A DNA stretch of 64,000 nt from Candidatus Gallimonas intestinalis (GTDB lineage: Bacteria; Bacillota; Clostridia; Christensenellales; Borkfalkiaceae), in the NCBI GenBank assembly GCA_904394655.1, contig CAJFNL010000003.1:8082-72081 (forward strand), written 5' to 3'. The notes under the pieces are model-generated. The model was not told the origin of the DNA. It made no database searches and saw only the letters and a list, made by a program, of their open reading frames with translations. Positions 43,761 to 53,252 of this stretch are shown in pieces. Positions within the stretch are counted from its first letter, which is position 1. Each line of letters opens with the position of its first letter. Both the position numbers and the translations under genes were made by a program.

Positions 43761-45836
43761 TCAGCCGAAAATCGCCGTGATGATCCCCGAAGCGACGGGC
43801 AGTCCTGCCGCAAAGACAAAGTACAAAGCAAACATCGCGGCAAGCAGACCGAAGCCCACCCACATGATGACGCGGCAAGTCTTGCCCGTACTCTGTTCGC
43901 GTGCGGTGAAGTCGGCAACGGCGTCAGCCGCAAGCATGAACAGGAAGAGCCATGCAAGCAGGACGAAGACAATCGCCTCCTTAGCAAAGGCCGCCGTAAC
44001 GAGCGAGAGGACAAGTCCCGCAAACGGGATGAGCGTTCTGCGCAGAAGGTTGCGCTCCGTCTTGTCCCAAGCCTTGGCTTTCACAACGCGCACGATGTTA
44101 TACACCGCAAATGCAAGTCCTGCAAGCGCCGCGAGAATAGCAGCGGGATTCATGAACGCTCCGAACACGGCGGAGAATGCCGTCCCGTCCGTACGGAGCA
44201 TGGAATAGAAGATGTTGAATGCATTTGCACCGTCCGATGCCGCATTCACGCCGACAAACCCGCCTGCAAAGGACTTCGCCGCAAGTCCAAAGATGTTCAT
44301 GGAAGGCGCGGCGGGATCGGAATACATCTTAACGTAGGGATAATAGAGCGGCAGAGCGAACAGAAGCGCAAAGACGATCGCGCCGAGAACGAGCGCACAA
44401 CCGAACGTGATGGCGGCGATCGCCGTCTTGTTGCGGTATTCCGCCGCGACGTGTGCGACCTTCTTTTTCGCGGGAGAAAGCTCTCCTTCCGCCTGAGGAG
44501 CAGGTGCCCCTTCTGCCTCCGCCTCTGCAATGGCAAGGTCAAGGTGATAACGGCGGGCACGCCGCTGACGCACGATGCCTGCGCCGAACAGGAGCGCAAC
44601 CCCTGCGACGGGCACAATGAATGCCCCGTGGATGAGAATGGCGAACGCACCCGAAAGTCCCGAAATAAGAAGCGGCCATGCGGATGCAAAGTTCGCTTTG
44701 TCCATTCCCTTCGCGTAGAAGCGATGGCACATATCGAGGGAGAGCAGGAAGAAGAACACGCCGAGCATGAGCGGCGTTCCGACGCCCGCAAGGGCAAGCG
44801 TTGCGCTTGCGAGTGCGAAGAGCACTGCAAAGACAAGTCCTGCCTTGTCGCTCTTGGTGAGCCTGCGCACGAACAAAGCGCCGATGAGCAGTGCCCCTGC
44901 CGCCGCAAGCATGGGGAAGAAACGAAGTCCGAAGGGGCTCATGCCGAAGATGAGTGTCCCGAACGCAAGGATGTCCTCGCCGAGTGCACCGTATACGCGC
45001 TCGCCCTCATAGACATTCCCCTCGCCGTAATTACCGCCCGCGCGCATTTCGGCGATCGTCATCATGGAGATGGTCTCGCTCGCGGTCAGGCGATTGAAGC
45101 GGCTGTTGTCCATAGAAGGAAGATACTGACTGTCGATGAGCGCTTTCGCGTTCTCGGCTGCCCCGTCGGGCGTCTGACCGACAAGAGGCGTCGCCGAATA
45201 GACCGAGGCGGGAATGATCACCGTCTCCCCCGTGCTCTCCGCCGAGGACGAGTTGGAAACCAGCTTTTCACCCACAAAAACGATCTCGTTGATAAGTACG
45301 TTCGCGCTGCGCGACGTGAGTTTGACATACGAATAGGTATTTACAAGCCAGCCTTTCGAAGATGATGAGGAAGCAGTGGAAGAAAGTTCCATCCAGCGAT
45401 AGTACGCATCGGAGGGAAGCGCTTTTTCATCGTCCTCCGCCGCGGAAGGCGCAAAGTTGGAGAACGTGAGTTCCAGCCGTCTGCCGCCCGAAGAGGAAGC
45501 GGAAGAGCCCGAACTTGCCACGACTTCCGCGCGCAGCGTGATCGCCTCGCCCGACTTTGCATAGGCGGCGCCGACATTGACATAGACGTGCTGTAAGCGG
45601 TAGTACCGCGTGACTTCCTCGCCTTCGTCGTTTTTCTCCTTCACGCTCTTGTTGAGCTGGAATACGACAGTGGGCGTCTCCGCATCCCCCGTCCCTTGTA
45701 CCTTGAGCTCATAGGCATTGCCCGTCCCGCGGAAGGAACCGAGCACGCACAACCCTACGCACAAAAAGATGAGCGCCACAATGTAAATGAAGCGCAGTGC
45801 AAGAGAGCTTTTTTTCCGTTCGTTGAAATTTGCCAT
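43761..45836 (-). CDS. polytopic membrane protein, GT-C (GT39/PMT-like) glycosyltransferase candidate with ~240-aa extracytoplasmic N-terminal insert
   Basis: 691 aa. After one TM and a Ser-rich soluble region comes YGALGEDILAFGTLIFGMSPFGLRFFPMLAAAGALLIGALFVRRL, which resembles the PMT/ArnT loop1-TM2 signature (...LGK.L.A.G...FG.N.FG.RF...). About ten TM segments follow. Confidence 0.45.
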   Translation of the reverse strand: MANFNERKKSSLALRFIYIVALIFLCVGLCVLGSFRGTGNAYELKVQGTGDAETPTVVFQLNKSVKEKNDEGEEVTRYYRLQHVYVNVGAAYAKSGEAITLRAEVVASSGSSASSSGGRRLELTFSNFAPSAAEDDEKALPSDAYYRWMELSSTASSSSSKGWLVNTYSYVKLTSRSANVLINEIVFVGEKLVSNSSSAESTGETVIIPASVYSATPLVGQTPDGAAENAKALIDSQYLPSMDNSRFNRLTASETISMMTIAEMRAGGNYGEGNVYEGERVYGALGEDILAFGTLIFGMSPFGLRFFPMLAAAGALLIGALFVRRLTKSDKAGLVFAVLFALASATLALAGVGTPLMLGVFFFLLSLDMCHRFYAKGMDKANFASAWPLLISGLSGAFAILIHGAFIVPVAGVALLFGAGIVRQRRARRYHLDLAIAEAEAEGAPAPQAEGELSPAKKKVAHVAAEYRNKTAIAAITFGCALVLGAIVFALLFALPLYYPYVKMYSDPAAPSMNIFGLAAKSFAGGFVGVNAASDGANAFNIFYSMLRTDGTAFSAVFGAFMNPAAILAALAGLAFAVYNIVRVVKAKAWDKTERNLLRRTLIPFAGLVLSLVTAAFAKEAIVFVLLAWLFLFMLAADAVADFTAREQSTGKTCRVIMWVGFGLLAAMFALYFVFAAGLPVASGIITAIFG

Positions 45837-46010
45837 AGTTTATATTCCCTATTATATTGTAAATTCTATTCTAACCGATAACGCGCGGAAAGTAAACGGT
45901 TTTGAGACGCGTTTTTGACAAAAATATGATTTTTTTTGTCAGACAGGCGCCTTCGCCGCGATCGCGATCCGCTGTCTGCAGATCCGTTCGTCTGCAGACG
46001 GGAATTTTGC

Positions 46011-46054
46011 AAACAAAAAACCGATCCGCCCCTGACTTTGAGCGAATCGGTTTT
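46011..46054 (-). terminator. intrinsic terminator of rplS
   Basis: Minus strand: AAAACCGATTCGC-loop-GCGGATCGGTTTT followed by TTGTTT. Confidence 0.7.
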
Positions 46055-46070
46055 CTGAAGTCGGAAAGAC

Positions 46071-46412
46071 TTACTTCTTTTCCTTGATCTTGGCGGCCTT
46101 CCCCGTAAGCCCGCGCAGATAGTAAAGCTTTGCGCGGCGAACCTTGCCGGCGCGCACGACGTTGACGTACGCAACCTTGGGGGAATGCAGGGGGAAGCAG
46201 CGCTCCACACCTACGCCGAAGGAAAGGCGGCGAACGGTGAACGTCTCGCGGATCCCGCCGTTCTTCTTGGCGATAACGACGCCTTCGAAGTTCTGGATAC
46301 GCTCTTTGCCGCCCTCGATGATACGATAGCCGACCTTGACGGTGTCACCTACATTGAACTGAGGAACGTTCTCCTTCATGTTCTCGGCTTCGATCTGTTC
46401 GATGAGTCCCAT
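46071..46412 (-). CDS. rplS: 50S ribosomal protein L19
   Basis: 113 aa. [44 protein letters not shown] is canonical L19. Confidence 0.95.
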   Translation of the reverse strand: MGLIEQIEAENMKENVPQFNVGDTVKVGYRIIEGGKERIQNFEGVVIAKKNGGIRETFTVRRLSFGVGVERCFPLHSPKVAYVNVVRAGKVRRAKLYYLRGLTGKAAKIKEKK

Positions 46413-46484
46413 TTTGACTTACCTCCTGTATTACGCGACGTTCATTCCCGCAAGCGGCAGAGGAACGCCCGAAGTCACTTGTCA

Positions 46485-46513
46485 ATTATAACGGATGCAT
46501 TCAAAAAAATCAA
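46485..46513 (-). promoter_or_regulatory. sigma-A type promoter of rplS
   Basis: Minus strand: TTGATT, 17-nt spacer, TATAAT. It gives a ~65-nt leader containing the hairpin at 46437-46469. Confidence 0.55.
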
Positions 46514-46594
46514 CTCATTTTACGCGCATTTTCAAAAAATTCCGACGGGCAAAAGCGGAAAATTCACAAATTACAGCCCCTTTATGCCGGGCAA

Positions 46595-47839
46595 TTATAT
46601 TGGCAGAGGCGACGGCTCCTGCACGGGCGGGACGGGAACGACCTGAACCTTTCCCTGCACGCAGGCATAGCGGTCCCGACGGAAGAGTTTTTTGGAAAGC
46701 AGGGTCCCGTCCTCGGAATATACGAGGAGATAGCATTCGCTTCTCATTCCCGACTTCTCCGCACGCAGGAGTTTTTCCTCATCGCCTTCCACCACTTCGG
46801 CGGGCGGCGGCTTGATGGTCTCAAGGACAACGCTCTCGAGCGCATAACGCTTTCCGTCGGGCATGCCGTACACTTCAAATGAGATATTTCCGTTCCCCGT
46901 CCTGCCCAAAAGATAGACGGGAAACGGGTAGGGATTGACAAACTTCAGATCGCTGTAACGGGAGACCATGGCATCCTGCGAGGGCGGAACGTATCCGACG
47001 GAAAGCGAATGCGGACGGCTCTCGGTGATGCGCAGTCCCGCGCGCAGCGCCGCCCCCATCAGCGTGGTGGACGCCTGGCATACTCCGCCGCCCGTCCCCG
47101 AGACAAACTCCCCCGCAACGATGACGGGCGCATCCAGAAATCCGTTTTCGCGCGTGCGCTGTCCTACCCTTTCATTAAAAGAGAAAATTTCCCCCGGTTC
47201 AATAACGCTCCCCGCAATGCGTTCGCACGCAAGAGAAATATTGTGCACGCGTGCGGTCTTGGACGCATCAAACCGCGTCGAAAAGGAGGCGAGTTTTTGC
47301 GTACGCATGCGAAGATTGTCCTCGGTCACGTCGGGAAGCCATTTCCGCGTGACAAGGCTGCATTTTTCTTTGCCCGTGCGAAGAGCTTCGAGCACCGCCG
47401 AGAGCGAAGCGGAAAAATCACACCATCTGCCTTCCTTCTCCGCCGTGTAAGAAAATCCATTTTTTGAAAAAGCGAGCTGTGCATCCTGCGGAAAAATGAC
47501 GTTTTTCTCGCATACGTCCTCGACAAATGCTTCCGCGTCGGGGAGTTCCCGACGCACGGTGACATGATATTCCCCGCCCTTTTTCGCGCGGCGCAAAAGC
47601 TCGTCCAGATCGTCCGTATACACGAGACCGGGAGTAAAATTACCCGCAGGCGAGTGCAGAACAAAGGGCGTGCGCGAAAGCCCCTCACGCACACAGCGCC
47701 CTGCCTCTGCATAGGTCAATCCTCCTACCTCGACTCCGTCGATGACGACATCCCGCCTGACTTTTGCCGCCCAGCCTCCCAAAAAAAAGATGCTCCCCGC
47801 AAGGAGGAGCGCAAATACACAACTTATGACCCGCTTCAT
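46595..47839 (-). CDS. VanW family protein
   Basis: 414 aa. N-terminal TM segment. VanW core GEIFSFNERVGQRTRENGF...GGGVCQASTTLMGAALRAGL. Confidence 0.8.
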   Translation of the reverse strand: MKRVISCVFALLLAGSIFFLGGWAAKVRRDVVIDGVEVGGLTYAEAGRCVREGLSRTPFVLHSPAGNFTPGLVYTDDLDELLRRAKKGGEYHVTVRRELPDAEAFVEDVCEKNVIFPQDAQLAFSKNGFSYTAEKEGRWCDFSASLSAVLEALRTGKEKCSLVTRKWLPDVTEDNLRMRTQKLASFSTRFDASKTARVHNISLACERIAGSVIEPGEIFSFNERVGQRTRENGFLDAPVIVAGEFVSGTGGGVCQASTTLMGAALRAGLRITESRPHSLSVGYVPPSQDAMVSRYSDLKFVNPYPFPVYLLGRTGNGNISFEVYGMPDGKRYALESVVLETIKPPPAEVVEGDEEKLLRAEKSGMRSECYLLVYSEDGTLLSKKLFRRDRYACVQGKVQVVPVPPVQEPSPLPI

Positions 47840-48675
47840 TGATCCCCTTCCGCGCGGGAGAGCGCCGCAAGCAGCGCTTCGGACGGCTCGAAAGGCGGCA
47901 GACCGATCACACGGTTTCTGCCCTCCACATGAAAATCCGACCCGCCCGTCTCATAGAGCCCCCGATCGCGCGCATACGCTGCGAACGTTTCCGCCTCATT
48001 GGGAGTATGGTCGGAATGATAACATTCTATACTGTCAAGACCCGCTTCGACAAGACGATCCATGAGCGCGAATTTCGCGTCCTGTTCCATGGGAATGCGC
48101 CCCGGATGCGCAAGCGAGGCGATCCCGCCCGCAGCATGGATGACCGCAACGGCGTCAAAGGGCGTGGGACGGCAAAGATCGGAATAACACGGACAGCCCG
48201 CGGCAAACGCAGAAAGGTAGAGCTCCCCCTTCTTGACACCCAGCCGCTGGGAAAACGCCGTCACGATGTGCATGGTATGCAGCGGCGCCTGTTTTTTGAG
48301 GTGGAACCGCTCGGCGTCCGCAAGTGTGACGTCGAGATGAAAAAAGGCATTCCCCTTTTCGATCATCTCCTGTGCACGGGCAAGAGCGCCCTCCCTGCGC
48401 GCCGTAAGAAAACTTTCATACGCCTTGCAAGGCTTACAGCCGTAACCTAAAACGTGCACTTTGGCAGCGCCTTCATAGGACGAGACCTCCCAGCCCGCGA
48501 CAAACGCGAGCCCCTCTTCCTTTGCGGCGGCGCGCTTTTCCACCAGCCCCTCCAGAGAATCGTGGTCGGTCATGGAGATGAGCGCAAGCCCTGCCTCTCG
48601 GGCGCGGGAAGCGATCTCTTGCGGCGAGTACTTCCCGTCCGAGTAGTAGGTATGAATGTGCAGATCTGCTCTCAT
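47836..48675 (-). CDS. PHP domain phosphoesterase (TrpH-like)
   Basis: 279 aa. MRADLHIHTYYSDGKYSPQEI...MTDHDSLEG. 4-nt overlaps with both neighbours. Confidence 0.8.
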   Translation of the reverse strand: MRADLHIHTYYSDGKYSPQEIASRAREAGLALISMTDHDSLEGLVEKRAAAKEEGLAFVAGWEVSSYEGAAKVHVLGYGCKPCKAYESFLTARREGALARAQEMIEKGNAFFHLDVTLADAERFHLKKQAPLHTMHIVTAFSQRLGVKKGELYLSAFAAGCPCYSDLCRPTPFDAVAVIHAAGGIASLAHPGRIPMEQDAKFALMDRLVEAGLDSIECYHSDHTPNEAETFAAYARDRGLYETGGSDFHVEGRNRVIGLPPFEPSEALLAALSRAEGDQ

Positions 48676-49757
48676 CGGACGATTTTCCCCTCCTTAATTC
48701 TCAGTTTATAGCACTCCGCACCGTACAACACGCGCTCGGCGTGCGTGCAGGTGAGAATGCATTGAATGTCCTTCACCCGCTCGAGAAGTTTTTTTCTGCG
48801 CGGCAGATCGAGTTCGCTCATCACATCGTCGAGGATGAGCACGGGCGTCTCACCCGAGAGCCCCTTGAAGATCTCCGTCTCGGCGAGCTTGAGCGAAAGC
48901 GCCGCCGTGCGCGCCTGCCCCTGCGAGCAGAACCCGCGCGCATCCGCCCCGTCGATCGTAATGCGGATATCGTCGCGGTGCGGACCCACCGACGTGAACC
49001 CGAGCCGCAGGTCGCGTTCGCGCGCCGCGGCAAACTGACGGGAGAGTTTTTCGGCGATCTCTGTCTCGTCCTCGGGATAGGAGCCGTCCATATCCAGCCG
49101 CAAGTCCTCCGCGCCGTCCGTGAGGTAGGCATGTGCGTCGTGCGCAAGCGGAGAAAGCTCGGAAAGGTACCGCCGTCTGTGGCGAACAATGCGCGCCGCG
49201 TACACGGCAAGCTGTTCATCCCAGACGGGAAGCGTCTCCAAAACGAGCGAGACGTCCCGCTCCTTTAAAAGATTGTTGCGCTGATCGAGAATGCGCTGGT
49301 AGCGCGCAAGCGCCGTGCAGTACTCGCGCGAAGTCTGCGAAATGGACAGATTGAGAAAGCGGCGGCGTTCGTCGGGGCCGTCCTGGATGAGGCGCAGTTC
49401 CCCGGGCGAAAAGAAGACACAGTTCATATTTCCGACAAAGTCTGCCGCCTTGGTGACCTTGTTGCCGTTGACGAAGAGCTCGCGCTTGTTTTCAAAGATG
49501 ACCGCCTCCAGCGTGACGGAGCCGAAGCGCGTATGCGCCTTTGCCGCAATGCGTGCGGACGTCTCCCCGCGGCGGATGAGCTGGCGGTCATGGCGGATGC
49601 GCAGCGACGTGCCCGTGCATAGATAAAAGACCGCCTCGGCGCAGTTGGTCTTACCCTGCGCGTTGCGCCCCGTGAGCACGTTGAGCCCCGCATCGAACGC
49701 GAACGTCTCGTCCTCGTAATTTCTGAAATTGTGCAACGTCAAATTTTCGATGACCAT
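48672..49757 (-). CDS. recF: DNA replication/repair protein RecF
   Basis: 361 aa. Walker A LTGRNAQGKTNCAEA, signature FCSQGQARTAALSLKLAE, Walker B VLILDDVMSELD. Confidence 0.9.
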   Translation of the reverse strand: MVIENLTLHNFRNYEDETFAFDAGLNVLTGRNAQGKTNCAEAVFYLCTGTSLRIRHDRQLIRRGETSARIAAKAHTRFGSVTLEAVIFENKRELFVNGNKVTKAADFVGNMNCVFFSPGELRLIQDGPDERRRFLNLSISQTSREYCTALARYQRILDQRNNLLKERDVSLVLETLPVWDEQLAVYAARIVRHRRRYLSELSPLAHDAHAYLTDGAEDLRLDMDGSYPEDETEIAEKLSRQFAAARERDLRLGFTSVGPHRDDIRITIDGADARGFCSQGQARTAALSLKLAETEIFKGLSGETPVLILDDVMSELDLPRRKKLLERVKDIQCILTCTHAERVLYGAECYKLRIKEGKIVR

Positions 49758-49892
49758 GCTTCTTTTTCCGCGAAAACGCTTTCTTTTTGCGCGATTTTGT
49801 ACTATAATGGGGATATCGGACGGGGATCACGCTCCCCTCTTTTGATTATACCAAAAAATGCCTGAAAAGGCAATGTGTTTGCGAGGGAAAAA

Positions 49893-51233
49893 ATGGCAGG
49901 ACAATTCGACATTTTATGGAATACCATCCGCGAACGGGCAAAAGCGCTCGTCAACCCCATCTCATACAGCACGTTCATCGAGAACCTCGTGCCCGTGGAC
50001 GTCGTCAATAAAAAGATCGTCCTGCAGGCAGAGAGCGAGCTCGCCGCGCTCACCATCACCAAAAACCACATGGAAAAACTGCGCGAGGCGGTCATCTCGG
50101 CAGACGTCGGACTCACAGGCGCCATCATCGTCGTGGAGGGCAGCGAGGAATACTCCCTGCGCGAAACCCCCGACGCCGTCGAAGAGAGCACCGTCGTTCT
50201 CGACGCACGCTATACCTTCGATTCCTTTGTCGTAGGAACCTCCAACAAGTTCGTGTTCGCCGCGGCAAAGTCGGTCGCCGAAAACCCCGGCGAAAACTTC
50301 AACCCGCTCTACATCTACGGCGGAACGGGGCTCGGAAAGACCCACCTCATGCAGGCAATCGCCAATGAGATCCAGCAGAAAAAGCCCTCTTTGAAGGTCA
50401 TCTACACGACGAGCGAAAAGTTCCTCAATGAGTATGTGGACAGCATGTACGCCAAAAAGAACGCGGGACGCGACAACGAGACGCGCTTCCGCAACCGCTA
50501 CCGCAATGTAGACGTGCTGCTCATCGACGATATCCAGTTCTGGGCGGGAAAATACGGCGTACAGGAAGCGTTCTTCCACGCCTTCAACGAGCTCTTCTCC
50601 CAGCATAAGCAGATCGTCATTTCCTCCGACTGTCCCGCAAAGGAGCTGACCACCCTCGAAGAACGCCTCAGAACCCGCTTCGAAGGCGGGCTCATCGCCG
50701 ACATCCAACCCCCGGACATTGAGACAAAGATCGCCATCCTCAAAAGAAAGGCGCTCGAAAAGAAATATGTCGTTCCCGATGATGTCCTTGCCTTCCTCGT
50801 TAAAAACTCCGACAACAACGTCCGCACCCTCGAAGGCCGTCTCAATACCGTCATCTTTGCAAGCAAACTGCACGAGGAACCCATCTCTTTGACCCTCGCC
50901 GCCACCGCCCTTCAGGAGGCGATCGGCCCCGACGAACAGGAGGAGGTCACTCCCGACGCGATCATCCGCGCCACCTGCACCTATTACAACACAACAAAGG
51001 AAGACCTTCTCGGCAAAAACAAGCGGCAGGAGATCGTACGCGCAAGACAGGTTTGCACCTACCTCATGTGCGATATGCTCGCCCTTCCCCTCGTCACCGT
51101 CGGACAGATCATGGGCGGACGCGATCACTCCACCGTCATCTATGCGCGCGACAAGATCGCCGACCTCATGCGCGTCAATGACAAAGTCGCCAAAGACGTC
51201 ACCGACGTCAAAAGTGCGGTCTTAAAACAGTAA
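49893..51233 (+). CDS. dnaA: chromosomal replication initiator protein DnaA
   Basis: Start placed at MAGQFDILWNT (GAGGG 5-6 nt upstream). Walker A IYGGTGLGKTHLMQA. C-terminal DNA-binding domain QIMGGRDHSTVIYA. Confidence 0.95.
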   Translation: MAGQFDILWNTIRERAKALVNPISYSTFIENLVPVDVVNKKIVLQAESELAALTITKNHMEKLREAVISADVGLTGAIIVVEGSEEYSLRETPDAVEESTVVLDARYTFDSFVVGTSNKFVFAAAKSVAENPGENFNPLYIYGGTGLGKTHLMQAIANEIQQKKPSLKVIYTTSEKFLNEYVDSMYAKKNAGRDNETRFRNRYRNVDVLLIDDIQFWAGKYGVQEAFFHAFNELFSQHKQIVISSDCPAKELTTLEERLRTRFEGGLIADIQPPDIETKIAILKRKALEKKYVVPDDVLAFLVKNSDNNVRTLEGRLNTVIFASKLHEEPISLTLAATALQEAIGPDEQEEVTPDAIIRATCTYYNTTKEDLLGKNKRQEIVRARQVCTYLMCDMLALPLVTVGQIMGGRDHSTVIYARDKIADLMRVNDKVAKDVTDVKSAVLKQ

Positions 51234-51308
51234 GCAAGCCGCACTTTCCTTCAGCGCCGCATATTTTGACGCCGCGCCGAATTAAAAACGGTTTCATTCT
51301 TTCATGAC

Positions 51309-51334
51309 GGGAGCTCCTTTTTGGAGCTCCCTTT
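51309..51334 (+). terminator. terminator hairpin after dnaA
   Basis: GGGAGCTCC-ttttt-GGAGCTCCC followed by TTTC (short U-tract). Confidence 0.5.
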
Positions 51335-51386
51335 CAGAAAACAACCATCCGCAAGCATGGAAACTTTGATTGAAAAACAAGCAACT

Positions 51387-53252
51387 ATGAACACATTTTC
51401 CGAAGGACAATATGACGCCGTCGTGATCGGCGCGGGACACGCGGGGTGCGAAGCCGCCCTTGCCCTTGCCCGCACGGGGATGCGCACGGTCATTTTAACG
51501 CTCAATCTCGACAGCATCGGATTCATGCCCTGCAACCCCTCCGTCGGCGGAACCGCGAAGGGGCACTTGGTGCGTGAGATCGACGCGCTGGGCGGAGAGA
51601 TGGGACTCATCGCCGACAAGACGGCGCTCCAATACCGAATGCTCAACGAGGGCAAGGGTGCGGCGGTACAGTCCCTGCGCACGCAGACGGACAAGAACAA
51701 GTACCACACCGAGATGAAGCGCGTTCTCGAACACACGCAGAACCTGCGCATCGTGCAGGGCGAGGCGGCAGACATCCTCGTCGAGGACGGACATGTCACG
51801 GGCGTCGTGACTTCCTACGGCGGGGTCTTTGCCTGCCGTGCCGTCGTCGTTGCGACGGGCGTCTATCTCAATGCGCGCACCATTACGGGCGAGGTCATTG
51901 CAGAGAGCGGCCCGAACGGATTTTCCCGCGCGACCATGCTCACGGAGTGTCTCATACGGCTCGGTTACTGCGTTCGCCGTTTCAAGACGGGCACGCCAGC
52001 GCGCCTGGACGGGCGCACCGTGGACACGTCCGAGCTCACCGTTCAGCCCGGGGAAGAAGTCTACCCCTTCTCGTTCATGAACGAACATGTCCCCCCGCTT
52101 TGCAAGCAGACGCCCTGCTATCTCACCTATACGAACGCACAGACGCACGAAATCATCCTCGGCAATCTGGACCGTGCGCCCCTCTATAACGGCGCGATCT
52201 CCTCGACGGGTCCGCGTTACTGTCCCTCGATCGAGACAAAGGTCGTCCGCTTTGCAGACAAAGCGCGGCATCAGCTCTTTCTCGAGCCCGAGGGTGCGGA
52301 TACCACCGAAGTCTATGTGCAGGGGATGTCCACCTCCCTTCCGCACGATCTGCAAAAACGCATGTACCGCACCGTCAAGGGACTGGAAAACTGCGAGATC
52401 GTACGCTATGCCTATGCCATCGAATACGACTGCATCGACACGCTGGACGTCCTGCCCACGCTCGAATTCAAAAAAGTGAAAGGGCTCTATACGGCAGGTC
52501 AGGTGAACGGCACAAGCGGCTACGAAGAAGCCGCTGCGCAGGGGCTGATGGCGGGTCTTAACGCCTCGCTTGCCCTGCGCGGGATGGCGCCGCTCATTCT
52601 CGGACGTGATCAGGCATATATCGGCGTACTCATCGATGACCTTGTCACCAAAGGCACCGACGAGCCATACCGCATGATGACCTCGCGTGCAGAGTACCGT
52701 CTTTCCCTGCGGCAGGACAATGCCGACGAGCGGCTCACGCAGATCGGCTATGACTGCGGCCTTGTCACCAAAGAGCGCTATGAAAAATTCCTTGCGCGCA
52801 AGGCAATGCGCGAGGAGGTATCCGCTCTTTTGGAGCAGCGCGCAGACCAGAAAACCGCCGATACGTTGGTACAAAAACACGGACAGCCGCCCCTTTCGAC
52901 GGGAGTGAGCTATGCCGATCTTCTCCGCCGCGGCATTTCCCTTTCCGAGCTTGTTGACTGTTTCGGCATTCTTTCGGATATCCCCGCCGACGTAAAACTT
53001 TCCTGCGAGACGGAGATCCGCTATGCAGGATATCTGAAGCGCAGCCGCGACGAAGCGGAACGCGCCAAAAAGATGGAACAAAGCCCCCTGCCCGCCGACA
53101 TTGATTATTTTGCAATTTCAGGACTTCGGCTGGAAGCGCGGGAAAAACTCGATCGAGTCCGCCCCCTGAACCTTGGTCAGGCAGAGCGCATTTCGGGCGT
53201 CTCCCCCGCCGATATTTCCGTTCTGATGGTGTATCTGAGCATGAAAAAATGA
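51387..53252 (+). CDS. mnmG: tRNA uridine 5-carboxymethylaminomethyl modification enzyme MnmG (GidA)
   Basis: Start placed at MNTFSEGQYDAVVIGAGHAGCEAA (FAD motif). Full-length GidA-like sequence. The RBS is weak, so the exact start is uncertain. Confidence 0.9.
   Translation: MNTFSEGQYDAVVIGAGHAGCEAALALARTGMRTVILTLNLDSIGFMPCNPSVGGTAKGHLVREIDALGGEMGLIADKTALQYRMLNEGKGAAVQSLRTQTDKNKYHTEMKRVLEHTQNLRIVQGEAADILVEDGHVTGVVTSYGGVFACRAVVVATGVYLNARTITGEVIAESGPNGFSRATMLTECLIRLGYCVRRFKTGTPARLDGRTVDTSELTVQPGEEVYPFSFMNEHVPPLCKQTPCYLTYTNAQTHEIILGNLDRAPLYNGAISSTGPRYCPSIETKVVRFADKARHQLFLEPEGADTTEVYVQGMSTSLPHDLQKRMYRTVKGLENCEIVRYAYAIEYDCIDTLDVLPTLEFKKVKGLYTAGQVNGTSGYEEAAAQGLMAGLNASLALRGMAPLILGRDQAYIGVLIDDLVTKGTDEPYRMMTSRAEYRLSLRQDNADERLTQIGYDCGLVTKERYEKFLARKAMREEVSALLEQRADQKTADTLVQKHGQPPLSTGVSYADLLRRGISLSELVDCFGILSDIPADVKLSCETEIRYAGYLKRSRDEAERAKKMEQSPLPADIDYFAISGLRLEAREKLDRVRPLNLGQAERISGVSPADISVLMVYLSMKK

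Noticed and set aside
45973-46000. Hairpin GTCTGCAGA-tccgttcg-TCTGCAGAC (two PstI-type palindromes) between the GT-C-like gene and rplS.
   Set aside because: It is a real inverted repeat, but short and without a U-tract, and its position gives it no obvious regulatory role. It may add to rplS termination. The evidence is too weak to call a feature.
49822-49843. Terminator-like hairpin GGGGA-tcacgc-TCCCC + TCTTTT in the dnaA leader.
   Set aside because: The stem is only 5 bp, and an alternative pairing with the preceding GGGGA is possible. It is too weak to propose attenuation of dnaA without transcript data.
49758-49892. oriC / DnaA-box cluster in the recF-dnaA spacer and in the dnaA-mnmG spacer (51234-51386).
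   Set aside because: Reading both strands, I saw no TTATCCACA/TGTGGATAA match with one mismatch or fewer. The nearest single near-matches are isolated and intragenic (TTTTCCACA at ~29268, TGTGGATAT at ~22414). This is reported as an anomaly in findings rather than annotated as an origin. A PWM scan is needed for certainty.
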